Source: a virus. Taken from it: a stretch of 64,000 nucleotides of DNA. A model generated the notes under the pieces. That model was not told the origin of the DNA and searched no databases. It saw only the letters and a list, made by a program, of their open reading frames with translations. Positions 37,731 through 46,654 of this stretch are shown here, one piece after another. The stretch lies in UHGV virus genome UHGV-0211740; one strand, written 5' to 3'. Numbering within the stretch: position 1 is the first letter of the stretch; each line of letters begins with the position of its first letter. A program made the translations under genes and the position numbers.

Positions 37731-38717
37731 TTATTTAACGTGTTTGAAAATACTCGCCAACTCGGTCATCGTCATGCGGGTAGTCTTCATAAGGTCTGTC
37801 ATAGCTTTTTCCATAATCGGTGATACTACCATGAAGTTGCCTTTAGCGAAACCTTTGTTCCAGTCGGTCACCAACAGAGGTTTGATCCCAGCCCCAAGAC
37901 GCTCACCAGTTAAAGCACAGTATTTGCGAATATACGAACTCTTGAATTGGCTAAAGGATAGATCAACTTTCATACCTGCATCGTAGAATGTTTGGCAATA
38001 GAAAGTGTAAGCCTTGGCAATCTCAACATCATCAGGCAGTGCAGGAACCTCTTCTGCAACCTCCTCTTCGACCTCCTGAGGCTCTTTTTCCTCTTCAGAG
38101 GTCTGTTGCACCATTTCTTCAATTTCTTCTGCCACAGGCTCGTTTACGATGTCTGAAATGTGTTTGTTGGCTGCACGCTCTGCCATAAAATTCTTAAAGT
38201 CCTGCATTGGTGACATATCTTCCTCCTCTTCGTCAAATAGTGCTAGTTTATCTTCTTCTGTCCCATATTGCAAGATGAAATCTTCAAAAGTATATTCATC
38301 TTTTAATTCCTCCATCCTCTCTTCGCTCAGGTGGAGCATCATTTGTTGGACAATTTTTCGATCAGTTTTGTCCTTAATCAAGATTGCGGTCGTTTTATCT
38401 ACCAGACAATCCTTAAGGGAGTTGCACCGAAGTCCAACCACACAACAGTTATCGATTGCATAAGGACCTTCATCGTTTATCCGCTCCAAAGATGGGTAGA
38501 ACGGATTCCCCAGTCCGTTTTCATCTGTGTGCATGTCAAAAGGAATAAGGGTGTAGTCGCACACCCCCTCTCCTAAAAGTTTTTTACCAAATAGGAGGTA
38601 TTCTTCCCATGACAGGTTGAACTCTATATCTCGTTTCCGTGCATTATTCTGTTTACGTCTATATTTTTTGAGCAGGCGCTCTAACTCTTCTGGTGTATAA
38701 TATTTTTCAAGATTCAT
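37731..38717 (-). CDS. hypothetical protein with acidic glutamate-rich central region
   Basis: ORF track 37731..38912; start placed at ATG 38717 so the gene does not run through the divergent promoters. Confidence 0.45.
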   Translation of the reverse strand: MNLEKYYTPEELERLLKKYRRKQNNARKRDIEFNLSWEEYLLFGKKLLGEGVCDYTLIPFDMHTDENGLGNPFYPSLERINDEGPYAIDNCCVVGLRCNSLKDCLVDKTTAILIKDKTDRKIVQQMMLHLSEERMEELKDEYTFEDFILQYGTEEDKLALFDEEEEDMSPMQDFKNFMAERAANKHISDIVNEPVAEEIEEMVQQTSEEEKEPQEVEEEVAEEVPALPDDVEIAKAYTFYCQTFYDAGMKVDLSFSQFKSSYIRKYCALTGERLGAGIKPLLVTDWNKGFAKGNFMVVSPIMEKAMTDLMKTTRMTMTELASIFKHVK

Positions 38718-38748
38718 GAGTTGTCTCTTGTGCTCTGTAGGTGAAGAA

Positions 38749-38777
38749 ATCTTATCAAGTGCCTCGACAGATGTCAA
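38749..38777 (-). promoter_or_regulatory. sigma70-like promoter on minus strand, TTGACA-17-TAAGAT
   Basis: Reverse complement read directly; drives the leftward block. Confidence 0.5.
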
Positions 38778-38790
38778 CCTCAAAAACGTA

Positions 38791-38819
38791 TTGACTTTAC
38801 TATAAATCCACGATATAGT
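38791..38819 (+). promoter_or_regulatory. sigma70-like promoter TTGACT-17-TATAGT
   Basis: Back-to-back with the minus-strand promoter; drives the rightward block. Confidence 0.5.
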
Positions 38820-38859
38820 GCACCCATTCGAAAGAAAACGAACACAGGAGCACTTAATC

Positions 38860-39759
38860 ATGGCAAATCTTAACAGCTTTAGCACTCGGTGGAAACAAGA
38901 TATCACAACCAATCTCTCAGCAGGTGATATCCTTTCTGCAATTTACGAGGCTTTGGATGATAAAGCTACTTCAAAATCGGTTTGTACCAACCCGCTAATT
39001 CCTATAGTAATGAAGGTTATTGAGCGTAGACTGGTATCCGGATCTGATAAGTGGACATATCTGGATAATGGAGGCCACACTTACTCCAACGGCTATGTCG
39101 ATATAAAAGTAGAATATGCGGTATCATATCGCCGGAGCGGCTCTGTAACTTTCAACTTCTCTGGTGGTTTCCGATCTCTGGCAACTTCACCTTTTGTTTC
39201 CTCAGAGGAGAAGTTTGAACTTCCGTTCCTTTGGATGATGGCTAACGCGACAGGCAAAACCCCCGTAAGCATTCGCGTAAAATACAACTACAACGGATCT
39301 AGTAAGATCTATGCCGAGAGTGTCTCAGCAAGTTTTTATTTTGTGATGGGGGATGGAATCCTCAAACATATAAAGATGTGCGATATGCATGATGTTATAA
39401 ATGAAGTGACTGATAAGAATGTTCTGGTGAAGGATCTCAACAATTTTTATACACCTGGGGACTATTACGTCAACCGTCCACTGTGCATCTTTAATGCCGC
39501 ACACCCTTTAGGTGAGTATTTGATCGCCAATAGCGATATTGCCAATAACCGCTTCGAGGTAGCAAGAGTACAGAATGAGGTGTTGACATCTTGCAAGAGC
39601 GGTGATAAGTTTACCGAAGAGGAGATGGGTGTTTTAGAAATGATGGGATATAAGTGTAGCCTTTGGGTAGATGAGGTGTTTAATGACGGCATCTATGGAC
39701 AGGATATTTACCCGTTAAAGAAGTATACTGATTCCAGTTTAATTTACGCGGAGATTTGA
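38860..39759 (+). CDS. hypothetical protein
   Basis: ORF track 38818..39759; ATG 38860 with AGGAG RBS downstream of promoter. Confidence 0.55.
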   Translation: MANLNSFSTRWKQDITTNLSAGDILSAIYEALDDKATSKSVCTNPLIPIVMKVIERRLVSGSDKWTYLDNGGHTYSNGYVDIKVEYAVSYRRSGSVTFNFSGGFRSLATSPFVSSEEKFELPFLWMMANATGKTPVSIRVKYNYNGSSKIYAESVSASFYFVMGDGILKHIKMCDMHDVINEVTDKNVLVKDLNNFYTPGDYYVNRPLCIFNAAHPLGEYLIANSDIANNRFEVARVQNEVLTSCKSGDKFTEEEMGVLEMMGYKCSLWVDEVFNDGIYGQDIYPLKKYTDSSLIYAEI

Positions 39760-40034
39760 CTATGATGAAGGCATGTGGTAGTGTATATTACGTCGGTGAA
39801 CATGTTCAGGCAGACAGTGTGTGGAAATCTATTAAGTCTACCACTGATGATGCCTTTCTGAGTAGCCTATGTTTCCCCAACCCTGGGGACATCCTTCCCC
39901 ACCAGGGGGATTTCGTTGTTAACAAAGCGGATGGCTATACTGTGTGCCTGATGGTTGAAAAAATCTTTTTAGACCCTCGACACAATCACCGTCTTGTGTT
40001 AAAATTCCAAGAATGTAAAATGACAGTCGCCTAA
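39756..40034 (+). CDS. hypothetical small protein
   Basis: ORF track; 4-nt overlap with upstream gene. Confidence 0.45.
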   Translation: MTMMKACGSVYYVGEHVQADSVWKSIKSTTDDAFLSSLCFPNPGDILPHQGDFVVNKADGYTVCLMVEKIFLDPRHNHRLVLKFQECKMTVA

Positions 40035-40046
40035 GGAGGCCTATCA

Positions 40047-40385
40047 ATGTCAAAAGTTACTTACCGTGCAGCTATTTACTGTAACGAACACCGTGTGAAG
40101 GACGGCGAAGTATGCCTGTTTGAGGAAGGTCAATTGGGGTGTGTCGCCTTGCCGGAGGAAGGAGAGGGCTACCTGATAGCCTTAACAGGTTTTGATGCAG
40201 ATGCCTTAGAGGATAACTTAGATTACCTCGTAGAGAAAGGGGCTGCAGATATCATTGCCAATGGATGCTCACGCAGTCTAGATGAAATTGTTAATTTCAT
40301 GGGCGACTATAAGGTTGTACGTGAATTTACCGTAGAGGTGGAAACCTCAGAGTGGGGTAGTGCAGAAGAAGAGGAGGCAGAATAA
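40047..40385 (+). CDS. small acidic protein (C-terminal EEEEAE)
   Basis: AAGGAGG RBS; strongly acidic composition. Confidence 0.5.
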   Translation: MSKVTYRAAIYCNEHRVKDGEVCLFEEGQLGCVALPEEGEGYLIALTGFDADALEDNLDYLVEKGAADIIANGCSRSLDEIVNFMGDYKVVREFTVEVETSEWGSAEEEEAE

Positions 40386-40642
40386 TGAAAGTACAGATCT
40401 TGACTAATGCCGAGAAGATGTTTATTGAAGATACACCTTTCGAGGCTGGTGAGCTGCAGTTTGTATATTTTGTTGAGGCAGATAAGGTTTTCCCTGCACT
40501 GAATCTGGGACTGGATGAAGTCCCTTATAAAGTTCTACGCCAAGTTGTCCGTGCCCTGGCGGCAGACGGGGAGTTCCACACCCTTGAAGATGTCCAGGCT
40601 TATGGGTATCTTGAGCTGCAGCGAGAAGAAGAGGTGGACTAA
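40385..40642 (+). CDS. small acidic protein
   Basis: ORF track; start overlaps upstream stop. Confidence 0.45.
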   Translation: MKVQILTNAEKMFIEDTPFEAGELQFVYFVEADKVFPALNLGLDEVPYKVLRQVVRALAADGEFHTLEDVQAYGYLELQREEEVD

Positions 40643-40644
40643 TA

Positions 40645-41025
40645 ATGGCACAGTGGAAGACGACAGTCGATCTCCATGAGCAGTGGTTAGGACGCATCGC
40701 CGAAGACGGGAAACTGGTGGATTGGGATAATAAGCATGTTAGTGAGCTGGCAAGTATCGTGGCTGAAAAGTTACGTGCCAAGTTTCCTGAGCAGCTGGAT
40801 CCTGATAATTCAAAGTTTGATCCTGAATTGGAAGATGTTGTATATTACTTCGACACTGTAGATGATTATGATTCGTGGTTTGCAGCAATGAATCATTTTC
40901 CTCAGGGTTCTGCCATGCGCCGGATGGAGGAGGACTATCCACCGTCCGAGCAATTCAATAGTGCAATGACTTGCCTTTATGATTGGGCAGATAAAAACCT
41001 TGTTTGGATTAGAACTGCATTCTAG
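40645..41025 (+). CDS. hypothetical protein
   Basis: ORF track. Confidence 0.45.
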   Translation: MAQWKTTVDLHEQWLGRIAEDGKLVDWDNKHVSELASIVAEKLRAKFPEQLDPDNSKFDPELEDVVYYFDTVDDYDSWFAAMNHFPQGSAMRRMEEDYPPSEQFNSAMTCLYDWADKNLVWIRTAF

Positions 41026-41043
41026 CAGGTGGTGGTGGCAAGG

Positions 41044-41334
41044 ATGCCGCTTAAAAGAGTAATAAATATGTTATATCAGAAACACGTAACGCGTGCAGAA
41101 AAAGAGTTAAATTTTGACAAAGTTATCCACAGATGTTGTTATGGAAAAATCGGAAGACAGTTAAGAGGGTGCCCCACATTCTTTCACTCCAGTAGACGGC
41201 TAAGTCCTGAAGAGGCAACAGCAGAAATGGTTGCATATAACTGGGAAGTTGTGTACGATATTGACAGATCCGATGTGACATCTGTTTTGGAAAACTTTGA
41301 AAACACTTACACACAAGTAGAGGACTTTTACTAA
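41044..41334 (+). CDS. hypothetical small protein
   Basis: ORF track 41029..41334 (GTG); ATG 41044 chosen. Confidence 0.4.
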   Translation: MPLKRVINMLYQKHVTRAEKELNFDKVIHRCCYGKIGRQLRGCPTFFHSSRRLSPEEATAEMVAYNWEVVYDIDRSDVTSVLENFENTYTQVEDFY

Positions 41335-42518
41335 TGTCAAGAAACGTATTTGAAAGTGGTCAAATTACTGTCCGCGAGTTGCCAGCTATTATTAAGTTTG
41401 CCCAACGGCATAATCGATCTGTTCTGATTTTAGGACCGATGGGTGTTGGGAAGAGCCAAGTGATGAAGCAGATCGCTGACAGCATGTTCGGTGAGCGAGA
41501 TGACAACCTGGTTGATGTTCGGCTGTCAGATAAAGACCCTGCTGACTTGTCTGGGTTACCTATCCCTGTAGAGTCGGATGGGACTACACGCACAGTGTTT
41601 GCAATTCCAGAATTTTGGCCTGCAGATCCGGACTGGAGCGGAATTATCTTCCTAGATGAGCTTACTCATGCAGATAACTACCTGCAGAAGGTTGCAATGC
41701 AAATTATGCTCGACCACAAGTGTGGCACCTATGCATTCCCTAAGAGTTCTGTTTTTGTAGCTGCAGGAAACCGTGCTACAGACGGTGCTGTTCTTTCGGC
41801 GCTAGAAGCTCCTCTAGCTAACCGCTTTATCATTGTAGAAGTTACAAGCAATGCAGAGGTGTTTATTGAGGACTATGCATTCCTTAATGGGGTGCACTCC
41901 TCGGTAATTGGATATCTGAAAAGAGTCCCATCAGCCATCGATAATTATGAGGCCATGGCTGAGATTAATTGTCCAGCTTTTGCTACACCGCGATCTTGGG
42001 TTGCTGCATCTGACATCCTGCACGATTTTGACAGCGGTATTATTTCTGACGCTATGGCTCGTGTTCTTCTGCAAGGTGCTATCGGTCACACTGCAGCGGT
42101 AGAAATCTGGACCTACCACACCAAGAAACGAAACTTGCCAGAAATCGGTCGGATTATGGCAGGGGGTTGCAAAGAGTATGTAGGTCCTAAGCAGCCAGAT
42201 ATTTTGTGGATTCTGGGGTCTGAAGGGTGTATCGCTATTCGTAACATGATGGAAAATGCAAGTATCTCCGACGAAGATCTTGTCAGCTGTGTGGCAAACT
42301 TCCTTGATTTCCTTTGGGAAAATTTCAAGGATGAGAACCGAGACTTTGTATTCTCAGTCTTTATGGCGATGATGAAACCCAACGCCCTAGGAAATGCCTT
42401 ACTTATTGGTAAAGGCCGGGACAAGATCGTTGCTCAGCTGATCAAAGCATACCCGAACCTGATGAAGATTGTAAAAGAGTTTGGTGAAGAGTTTAGCGCC
42501 ATTTTAGCTAAAGCTTGA
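41334..42518 (+). CDS. AAA+ ATPase, MoxR/AAA_5-like
   Basis: Walker A GPMGVGKSQ; Walker B IIFLDELTHA. Confidence 0.6.
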   Translation: MSRNVFESGQITVRELPAIIKFAQRHNRSVLILGPMGVGKSQVMKQIADSMFGERDDNLVDVRLSDKDPADLSGLPIPVESDGTTRTVFAIPEFWPADPDWSGIIFLDELTHADNYLQKVAMQIMLDHKCGTYAFPKSSVFVAAGNRATDGAVLSALEAPLANRFIIVEVTSNAEVFIEDYAFLNGVHSSVIGYLKRVPSAIDNYEAMAEINCPAFATPRSWVAASDILHDFDSGIISDAMARVLLQGAIGHTAAVEIWTYHTKKRNLPEIGRIMAGGCKEYVGPKQPDILWILGSEGCIAIRNMMENASISDEDLVSCVANFLDFLWENFKDENRDFVFSVFMAMMKPNALGNALLIGKGRDKIVAQLIKAYPNLMKIVKEFGEEFSAILAKA

Positions 42519-42527
42519 GGAGGTTGT

Positions 42528-42908
42528 ATGGCTAAAGTAGGTAAGCGGGGAAACTACTTGGTGGTATTGACCGAGGAGCCGGAGAAGGAGTACGAATGCA
42601 GCTCCACTTGCGTGATCGATATCCGAGAAAAAGATGTAGATGAAATCTGGTTTAAAATATTGGACGCTTGCGACAGCAGTGACTATTTCTTCATCTATGT
42701 CAACGATAAAGCGGGGTTCTTCCATGACGATGGAGAGTTACCGTATGAAATCTATGAACTTGTAGAGGCTTGCCATCGTGGAGATGCGGAGTTGTTTGGT
42801 CTACGGCTGAAAAGCGGTAAGTTCTTCTACCAAGACGAATGCATGAATCTTCACAACTTCGTAGAGGGAACTTGCAACGATGGAGAGATTCTGGCACACT
42901 ACGACTAA
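42528..42908 (+). CDS. hypothetical protein
   Basis: ORF track; GAGGAGG RBS. Confidence 0.5.
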   Translation: MAKVGKRGNYLVVLTEEPEKEYECSSTCVIDIREKDVDEIWFKILDACDSSDYFFIYVNDKAGFFHDDGELPYEIYELVEACHRGDAELFGLRLKSGKFFYQDECMNLHNFVEGTCNDGEILAHYD

Positions 42909-42922
42909 TTTCTAAGACCACC

Positions 42923-42950
42923 CCCCGCTTCGGCGGGGATTTTCTATTTG
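42923..42950 (+). terminator. rho-independent terminator
   Basis: CCCCGC-TTCG-GCGGGG then ATTTTCTATTT. Confidence 0.55.
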
Positions 42951-42958
42951 GAGTTATT

Positions 42959-43459
42959 GTGAAAATTAAAATCTTTGCTATTATTTTGAGCGCATTTTTA
43001 TCGCTGCCTGTTGTTGCAGCACCAAAACAAAAAGTATATCACACCTGCAAGCCATCGGATACTAAGGAAAACATTCTAGCATGCAATATCTACAGGGAGG
43101 CTAGAGGGGATGGCACGATGGGTATGCTGGCATCAGGGTTTGCCACACTAAACAGGAAATCTCACCCCAAATACCCGGACACCATAAGAAAGATTGTCTA
43201 CCAACCTAACCAGTTTTCGTGGACAAACCACGGCAAAACTTTTAAGGTGATAGAAAAAGATTCATGGGATCACGCTAAAAGTCTTGCAAAGATGCTTCTA
43301 AAGGTCTATAATAACAACCATGTTGCATACATGGCTATGGATATAACAGGTGGAGCAACACACTATCATACAACAAAAGTACGACCGAAATGGGCAAAAA
43401 AGATGCAGAGGACAGCCCAATTCGGGAGTCATATCTACTACAAGGAGCGCAATAAATGA
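42959..43459 (+). CDS. SleB/CwlJ-type cell wall hydrolase with N-terminal signal peptide
   Basis: ORF track 42839..43459; GTG 42959 after GGAG; signal-like KIKIFAIILSAFLSLPVVAAP; motifs NIYREARGDG...LNR...QFSW. Confidence 0.65.
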   Translation: MKIKIFAIILSAFLSLPVVAAPKQKVYHTCKPSDTKENILACNIYREARGDGTMGMLASGFATLNRKSHPKYPDTIRKIVYQPNQFSWTNHGKTFKVIEKDSWDHAKSLAKMLLKVYNNNHVAYMAMDITGGATHYHTTKVRPKWAKKMQRTAQFGSHIYYKERNK

Positions 43460-45438
43460 TTGTAAACAGTAATGAAACTAAAGCAGTGCTAACTGGGAAT
43501 TTGGAGGTCACAAGGGGATCAATTTCTCTGAACAAAGAGACTTTTGGGTTAATCATTAAAGGGATTTATGAAGATAAGGTGCTGGCAAGCTGCCGTGAAC
43601 CAATCTTCAATGCTGTGGACTCCCATGTTGAGTCTGGACGTGGTGATGTTCCGATCATCATTCACTCCCCTACAGATCTTGAACCATACTTCTTTGTGCA
43701 GGACGTTGGCCTCGGTATGTCAGAAGAGATGGTCCGCAACACTTTCATGAACCTCGGTGAGTCAACCAAGCGCAACAGCAACGCTCTGGTAGGCAATAAA
43801 GGTGTTGGTTCAAAGGCCCCGTTCAGCATGGTAGACACTTTCGATGTAATCAGTGTGCACAATGGTGTGGAAAGCACATACCTATTGTTCTTGGATCAGG
43901 GCATCCCAAATGTCACCAAGATCCGTGAGCGGAAGACTGAAGAGCACAACGGGGTAAAAGTTCAGTTTCATGTTAAGAAAGAGCATGTTCTGAAATATCG
44001 CACTGCTATTGCATCATGTCTGCGCTATGCAAAATTCCCGTTCACCGTCACCGATCCAATGACGAGCAAAATGCTGGAGGGGGATAAGGTAGAGGCGCAG
44101 TATTATTATGAAAAAGATGGTTGGAAGATGACCATCCTGAAGGGCTATACCAGCTCTGACGAGAGTCGTGTGGTAATGGGTCACCAACCTTACCGTTCTA
44201 AGTTCCTGGAAACACTAACAGATTATCCTGCAATTTGTGTAGAGATCCCTATCGGAGACTGCAATATTAACCCAGGGCGTGAATGGACCATAGAAGGTCA
44301 CGATGATGGTGGATTCCAAGAGCGTTTGGAAGCTTTTGTCAAAGAAGGTATTCGCCTTCGTGGAGCAGAAGTTGTTGCAGAACTGGAGACAGCAAAAACA
44401 TCCTCAGAAGCACGCGAGATGATGAAGAACAGTGGAGTGTTCGGGCACATTTTCGGTAAGAATTTTATGTATAACCGTTGGGAAGAAACAGGGTTAGGTA
44501 GTTTGGGGGACTGCGAGATCTTCGCGGGTGGCTTAAATAAAGGCCGCATAGGCTACGCTTGTTACGGAAAGGTAGAATTCTTACGAGGAGTCTATTTAGT
44601 ATTTAACGACGGAGACGGTAAATATAACCGAAATAAGTGTAACTACTTAAGCGAGATCACCGGACGCAACGTTTTCTATTGCCGGAACACGGATCTGGTA
44701 AAAGAGTTTAAAGAGGCGGCACACCATCCGTTCTTTGCAGATACGGTCAAATTGTTATCAGAGCTCCCTCGCCGACCTGTGAAGAAAGGTGAAACAAAAA
44801 CTCGTTATGAGCCCGGTTATTGGGTTAAAAAACTTGAGAAGGATGGTTACTTCCGTCGTGAGCGTATTACCAAGGCAGAGTTCAGGAAGATTAAGCACTG
44901 CATACCGTATGAGGGGGATATCCAACGTGGAAGTTGTTGGCTAGGTCAGATGAGCAACATCTACCAGCAAGATTATGACCGTGTGCGTGCAGCACTTCAG
45001 ATCCCTGAAGGGGAAGATCTGTACCTGGTATCGGAATCTCGTCTGCTTTGGACTGATCCTAATTGCCAATATGTTACAGAGAAGAATGTGGAACATTTGT
45101 TGAAAGAGGATGCTTGGAAATTCTTACTGACTCGCGCAGCAAATGAAACTTCATACGACAGCCTGTACAGACAGTTAGGTAAAATTATACCCATGCAGGA
45201 TTTTGGAAATTATCGGCCACATTTCCACAAGTGGGAAGGTAGCACCACGTGGAAGTACGGTGAGCTGAATCATCGTGCCAAAGTCTTAATCGCCAACCGA
45301 GTTAAGTGCGGGAAGGCCTATATTGCAAGATTGGAAAAGAAATATCCACTTTTAAAGCATGTGGGCTTGAAATATTGGGACACTCCTGCTATGATTGAAT
45401 ACCGTGAACTGATTGATACAAAGAATAACATCAAATAA
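43456..45438 (+). CDS. GHKL-family ATPase domain protein (Hsp90/MORC/histidine-kinase-like fold)
   Basis: Bergerat-fold motifs in order: EPIFNAVDS, DVGLGMS, GNKGVGSKAPFS. Confidence 0.5.
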   Translation: MIVNSNETKAVLTGNLEVTRGSISLNKETFGLIIKGIYEDKVLASCREPIFNAVDSHVESGRGDVPIIIHSPTDLEPYFFVQDVGLGMSEEMVRNTFMNLGESTKRNSNALVGNKGVGSKAPFSMVDTFDVISVHNGVESTYLLFLDQGIPNVTKIRERKTEEHNGVKVQFHVKKEHVLKYRTAIASCLRYAKFPFTVTDPMTSKMLEGDKVEAQYYYEKDGWKMTILKGYTSSDESRVVMGHQPYRSKFLETLTDYPAICVEIPIGDCNINPGREWTIEGHDDGGFQERLEAFVKEGIRLRGAEVVAELETAKTSSEAREMMKNSGVFGHIFGKNFMYNRWEETGLGSLGDCEIFAGGLNKGRIGYACYGKVEFLRGVYLVFNDGDGKYNRNKCNYLSEITGRNVFYCRNTDLVKEFKEAAHHPFFADTVKLLSELPRRPVKKGETKTRYEPGYWVKKLEKDGYFRRERITKAEFRKIKHCIPYEGDIQRGSCWLGQMSNIYQQDYDRVRAALQIPEGEDLYLVSESRLLWTDPNCQYVTEKNVEHLLKEDAWKFLLTRAANETSYDSLYRQLGKIIPMQDFGNYRPHFHKWEGSTTWKYGELNHRAKVLIANRVKCGKAYIARLEKKYPLLKHVGLKYWDTPAMIEYRELIDTKNNIK

Positions 45439-45448
45439 GGAGACCAAG

Positions 45449-46654
45449 ATGATTTTCATCTACGAACATTTCAAAACCCGTAAAGAAGCACGAGACCGCC
45501 GTGCAGAACTTGAGAAGAAGGGTTTCACATGTGCCATTGAGAAAGGAGACACAACCTGGACACTGGCAGTGGGTGCCCCAGAGTTGTTCGATCCTGACCG
45601 TGACAGCGTCTGCTACACCCGTGAGGATTTTGAAACCCGTGAAGAGGCCCGTTTATTTCGATATGGACTGGAAGATAACGGTAAGTACGCCATGATCTTA
45701 GACTTAGGCGAAGGTTCCGTTAAACGTTGGGGCGTGGTATACCCACTGTGTGTTGTTCACGGTGTGGGGTTCACTGGGGTAGCAGTTAAGTCAGAAGAAC
45801 CTTCGGTAGAAGTCAAAGACCCGGTGCTGGAGGTGGTGAGCAGTGTGTCTCAGCAACAGACTCGAAGCATCGAGCCTTTGGTAGTTATTTGTGGAGAACT
45901 CCTCCAGATCACCTGCAACGAAGGTATTTTTGAAATTCGCCGTAGCGAAAGTGAGGAAGTTTACCAGAAAGTCTTCGACCATATCTCTGTTCAGGAATAT
46001 GACGAGGCAATTGGTGAAATCCTTATCTGGCTGGAACGCAAGAATGAGTTCACTACACTGGCAGACAACCTGATCATGAAAGATGGTAAGCTCTACTACT
46101 ACGGTGTAGAGATGCGATCTACCATTGCAAAGAAAATTGAGAAAGATTATGCAGATGGAACACTGGATGACCGCTATGTGAAATTCCTAGTTCGCCTGTT
46201 ACGCAATCCGTCTGCAAAATCTGTAAACATGCTCTACGATTTTATGCAGGCAAACGACATTCAGATTGCAGAAGATGGTCGAATCATTTGCTACAAAGGG
46301 GTTCAGTTTAACGGCGACAAGTGGGTGGATTGGCACAGTGGTAAAGTCCCACAATACCAGGGAGCTTTTGTATCCATGCCTCGTAACTTTGTAGAGGATG
46401 ATCCGGAAGCTGCATGCTCTTATGGTCTGCACTGTGCCAGCAAAGAGTATGCAAAGAGCTACGGCACTGTGATGACGGTTATGGTTGACCCTGCCGATGT
46501 AGTCAGTGTACCTTACCAACACAACAGCGCTAAGTGCCGTGCATGCCGCTACGAAATCGTAGTAGCTCCAGAATCGCGCAAAGATGGAGACCCAATCGAG
46601 TACGTGGTTGACCGCGACGGTAACACTATCGACATTATCTACGAGGAGGCGTAA
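45449..46654 (+). CDS. hypothetical protein with two N-terminal ~45-aa repeats
   Basis: ORF track 45413..46654; ATG 45449 after AAGGAG; repeated FKTRKEARDRRAELEKKGF / FETREEARLFRYGLEDNGKY modules. Confidence 0.5.
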   Translation: MIFIYEHFKTRKEARDRRAELEKKGFTCAIEKGDTTWTLAVGAPELFDPDRDSVCYTREDFETREEARLFRYGLEDNGKYAMILDLGEGSVKRWGVVYPLCVVHGVGFTGVAVKSEEPSVEVKDPVLEVVSSVSQQQTRSIEPLVVICGELLQITCNEGIFEIRRSESEEVYQKVFDHISVQEYDEAIGEILIWLERKNEFTTLADNLIMKDGKLYYYGVEMRSTIAKKIEKDYADGTLDDRYVKFLVRLLRNPSAKSVNMLYDFMQANDIQIAEDGRIICYKGVQFNGDKWVDWHSGKVPQYQGAFVSMPRNFVEDDPEAACSYGLHCASKEYAKSYGTVMTVMVDPADVVSVPYQHNSAKCRACRYEIVVAPESRKDGDPIEYVVDRDGNTIDIIYEEA

